Origin: Macrostomum lignano | Lineage: Eukaryota | Reading direction: 5' to 3' | Length of the DNA: 64,000 bases | NCBI GenBank assembly: GCA_002269645.1 | Contig: NIVC01003038.1 | Location: 1-64,000 of the forward strand | Part shown: one piece after another, positions 60,445 through 64,000 of the stretch | How positions within the stretch are numbered: position 1 is the first letter of the stretch | Layout of the letters: the number at the start of each line of letters is the position of its first letter | Program-made: the position numbers and the translations under genes | The notes under the pieces: generated by a model | The model's input: the letters and a program-made list of their open reading frames with translations, nothing else | The model's database searches: none | Told to the model about the DNA's origin: nothing

Positions 60445-62749
60445 TGGTGAATTTTGGCTGTCGCGTGCGCTCGCGCTAAGACGCAGCTAAACATTGAGCA
60501 ACTTTGTATTGTTAGTTCTGTACCACTCTCTTTTTCTGGTTTTCATGGTCGCTCCAACCTGGTAAACCTAGCTAAAGTCCTACTGTACATGTAAATCATT
60601 TCCTGTAAATACTTTCCGGATAACCCCCGCCTGATCCTTGTAACATATGTATTTAGGCAATCCACTATCCAGTCATGCTATATTATGAAACCTCTCATAA
60701 TATTGAGCCTGTTTAGACTCAAGTCGTCTCAAGACAATGACAGAAACAGCTCTTACCACTCCCTGTGAAAGATTTACAGTTTACATAAATTTACAGTTTG
60801 AAGATTTCCCTTTCCTGTAATTACATGTAAAACAGACAAATTCTTCCTAATTTAGCACTGAATTTGTTTAAATATGCTCGTAAATGCAAGACTTTCAACG
60901 AATTCACAATCAAATTCTTCGCGCAATTTCTAAATTAAGAGAATGTATTGTGAACGTATTCGAATTTACCTAAATGTCTAATCTCTTTGTTTATAACAAT
61001 GATCATTAGGCTATAGCTTAGGAATTTCTCTCCATTCTCTCATCTCGGCTAATTAGTTCTATACTAATTTATGCCATTACTATTAATTTTCTTAGGAACT
61101 CAATGTAATTCGCTTAGGATCCTAATTTTGAATTGTTTTTGCATTTTTGAAGGTCAGACTGTCTGGGTTCGAGACGGATTGACCTCCAACAGTCTAGACA
61201 GGCGACACTGTGAGGCCGCGTGAGAGCTATAAAAGGCGGCAACTCGACCCGCGCTCGAGAGAAAAAGGAGCAACAGCATCCCATCTGAGCGCTTCGGTCT
61301 CTGTGGATTCCTTGGCTACCGGCAGATAGGTCCTCTGATTGGTTTGGTGAGAGGCTTTCTTGACCTGCTTAACTGGGTGCACCCTTTGTCTGACCCCTTC
61401 CTAGGTAGTCTGATATGATTTGCACTTTTACTTACTTGCTTTTGTGTGCCAATCTCAAGGCAGAAGTGTCAGTTAATATTAAAAGTAGCCATTTGCTCTA
61501 CTCAATCTAAAGTGTTTAGGATTGCGGATTAAGTGAGAAAGTTAAATCTGGAAGTTAAAGACTTAGCGTTTTCTTTCTTTTTCGCAATGCCAGCTGAGAT
61601 GAGCGGCTAAATCTAGAGGCAGAGGTCACGGTGGACCGGAAGCGGCACAGTTCCCAGTCAATCAGACAATCTAAGAAATCATTGTGTTAAGCATGCAAAT
61701 TAAGAGCCAGACTGGCGTTTTGGCGCGGTCACAGGCAGTTAAGCGGCTAAAGTAAGTTAAATATTAGTCTAACGATCTCCGAAAGTGACAATGCATCTAC
61801 ATCATCGCCATCTGTCGACGTGTTAACACATTTAGTGCCAAAAGCGTGCAGTTGCGTGTACTTTTACATGTACTTCTGGGAATTTGGTAATGAAATAGTA
61901 CATTTAGTAGTGTATGAAGGCTCGCCAGCGCAAGAACCCCCCTGCAAAAGTCCTCTCTGTCCCTGTATGGCCAATGCGATCTTAGTCCTAGCAGCGTCCC
62001 TTCTATTCGGCTATGACTTCGAGATTTAGACAGCTAAAAGACACTAGATGACAGGTAAGTGCAGTGCCCCTCTAGTCGGAAGTCCGATTTCGATAGCTCC
62101 GGTTTGGTGAGCCGGGGCGCACGGACTGGTGGCAGCGAGTTAGTTAATCCGCGGGTTAGCTAATTTCTACCTTTCAAATTCTCCCTGCTTGTCTCTCGCT
62201 GTCTTCTCCTAGCTATAGGACCTTGCTGCTCGCCCACAATCTAGCTACCATGGGGCTGACCATCTGACAGGAGTGAGAGGCCAGAGCTCGATCTTAGTGA
62301 TTCATTTCTGAGTTCTGCTGAGGCCCGAAGCTACAGGCTTAAAAAGGCCGAACCCATCAAACTTTAAAATGAATAAAATTATTGTGAACTTTATTGCTTG
62401 CGCGTGAGCATCGATCGCTAATTTGATTCACTTCTTTCCCAATATTTCGTATCTTTCTGCTGCGCCTGCATGCTAATGCTACTGAAACAGCCTTCCTATT
62501 CGTATTTTATTATTAACTAATTAACTTTCAAGTTTTAAATAAACGAGTTACTTCTTTTACCGTATGCTTGCTTTTAGTAGTATTATACGCGGAGGTTTTT
62601 AAAATTATTTTCTATTACTTTCTTAGCTTGTAAATCGCTTAGATGAGCTCTGTGATTTCGCTAAAAAGGTGGAAAATCAAAGACAGTGCATTATGGAAGT
62701 CTGTTTTGGAAAAAAGTGCAAGATTTCTGTATTTTCTGTGTTATTTTTA

Positions 62750-62891
62750 ACGGATTAACTCTTATTAACGATTATCAGTTAACTTTCAGTTTACTTAACG
62801 AAATTAATAGTTAATAAGTTAAGATTTTTTTCTTTTAACGCTTTTGCCATTAACGGAAGTTAAGATTTTCATTAACGGTGCCCAACACTGC
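62750..62891. mobile_element. Possible single end of a hAT-like element
   Basis: TTAACG/GTTAA subterminal repeats ending GGTGCCCAACACTG (reverse complement CAGTGTTGGGCACC); I found no partner end. Confidence 0.35.
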
Positions 62892-63314
62892 AATATTCGT
62901 TGTGGTGACAGATGAATGAATGAATGCGTGATGCGTCCTTGGCTTGGTGAAATGCGCCTTAATTTATTCCATATATATATTTGTATAATCTATTTTTGCA
63001 ATAAAAGTAATTAGATATATTATTTAAACTGGATGGACTCGAATTCTGGAACGACTACGCTACCCTAGAACTACCACGGCCGCGCGCCTATAGAAACCAG
63101 CTAACACCAAACACAGCGCATTCGCGTTTCAAACGATACGAATTAACATACAGTAAAACAATAGTAATAAAGTACGTACAGTAAGAATCGCGGAAAAGAA
63201 AACACTACTGAATAAAAAACTGACAAAAATAATTGATAAATAATTTCCAGGAACGCAGGATACATTATAAAAAGTACATACATTCAAATGATGCGTAAAA
63301 CTTTACAAGAATTT

Positions 63315-63693
63315 GGGTCTCCCTAAAACACGCCCCGCACCGCCCTGCAGCGCTACACATTAAAACAAATTGGACTGTAACTGAAGACACTTTAAAATGC
63401 GTTTTCTGTTAAGCTTTAAAGTTTTTATTAAATTTAGTTTTTTACTATGAAATATAAAATTCGGTGAATAATATGTGATATTAATAATAATATTATTAAA
63501 ATAATAATAATATAATTTAATAATGAAAACGAGAATATAAAAAATAATAATAATATTGATGATAATAATTAAAGATATTTATTTCGTTACTCTTACAACA
63601 AATAGTTTTCTTTGCAATCAAATACTGCATTGACAAAAAAAGTTATAATGTGTAGCGGTTCGGGGCGGTGCGGTGCGTGTTTTAGGGAGACCC
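63315..63693. mobile_element. Mutator-like non-autonomous element, ~46-bp TIRs, 9-bp TSD
   Basis: GGGTCTCCCTAAAACACGC..GCTACACATT pairs with AATGTGTAGC..GCGTGTTTTAGGGAGACCC; flanked by CAAGAATTT (63306-63314, 63694-63702); AT-rich interior. Confidence 0.82.
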
Positions 63694-64000
63694 CAAGAAT
63701 TTGTATATCGCTGCACGACAATTAACAACTAACTTGCCAGCAAGCTTGCTTCTTACAAATTTTACGAAAGTCGGTGCGCTTCTTATATCTTAAGAACCAG
63801 GTCCATTCTGTTTCAGTTAAAGTTTAAAATTATTCTTAAAAATTCGAAGGACCTAATCAACCGCTTCTGCTCTTGTGTAGCTGTAGCTACTCATTTTCTA
63901 TTTCATCCCAGCAATAAACACTGACTTACAGTTGCTAAGGCTAAGCTATCGACTTGATTGAAATCTTAAATGTCTCGTGGTTCAAAGACAGTTTATGTTG

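Overview
This is eukaryotic (animal) genomic DNA, not prokaryotic. GC-rich spliced exons sit in AT-rich spacers with very dense tandem repeats; a free-living flatworm such as Macrostomum is my guess and is not verified. Most long ORFs in the supplied track are artefacts of tandem repeats. Genes I could reconstruct by hand: (1) a 13-exon UBR1/UBR2 N-degron E3 ligase (minus, 3090-17410) in which 9 of 12 introns carry their own tandem array and three reading-frame lesions occur; (2) an intronless NECAP (plus, 21072-21851); (3) a two-exon secreted WSC + PAN/Apple-like protein (minus, 26337-27302) whose second exon is absent from the ORF track; (4) a rhodopsin-family GPCR (minus, 33014-34183) that appears to splice, with matching phases, to two upstream exons, giving about 811 aa with a signal peptide, an unrecognised ~420-aa glycosylated ectodomain and an RSKR furin site (the most interesting candidate); (5) a two-exon M6PR/ATG27-like single-MRH membrane protein (minus, 50646-52164); (6) three tandem intronless LITAF-domain genes (minus, 53701-59387). 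Also present: a tRNA-derived CORE-like SINE, several MITE/foldback elements (two with target-site duplications), about 30 micro/minisatellite arrays, and unidentified degenerate coding-like islands at 30-32, 38-48 and 55-56 kb. No rRNA, true tRNA or CRISPR array was found.
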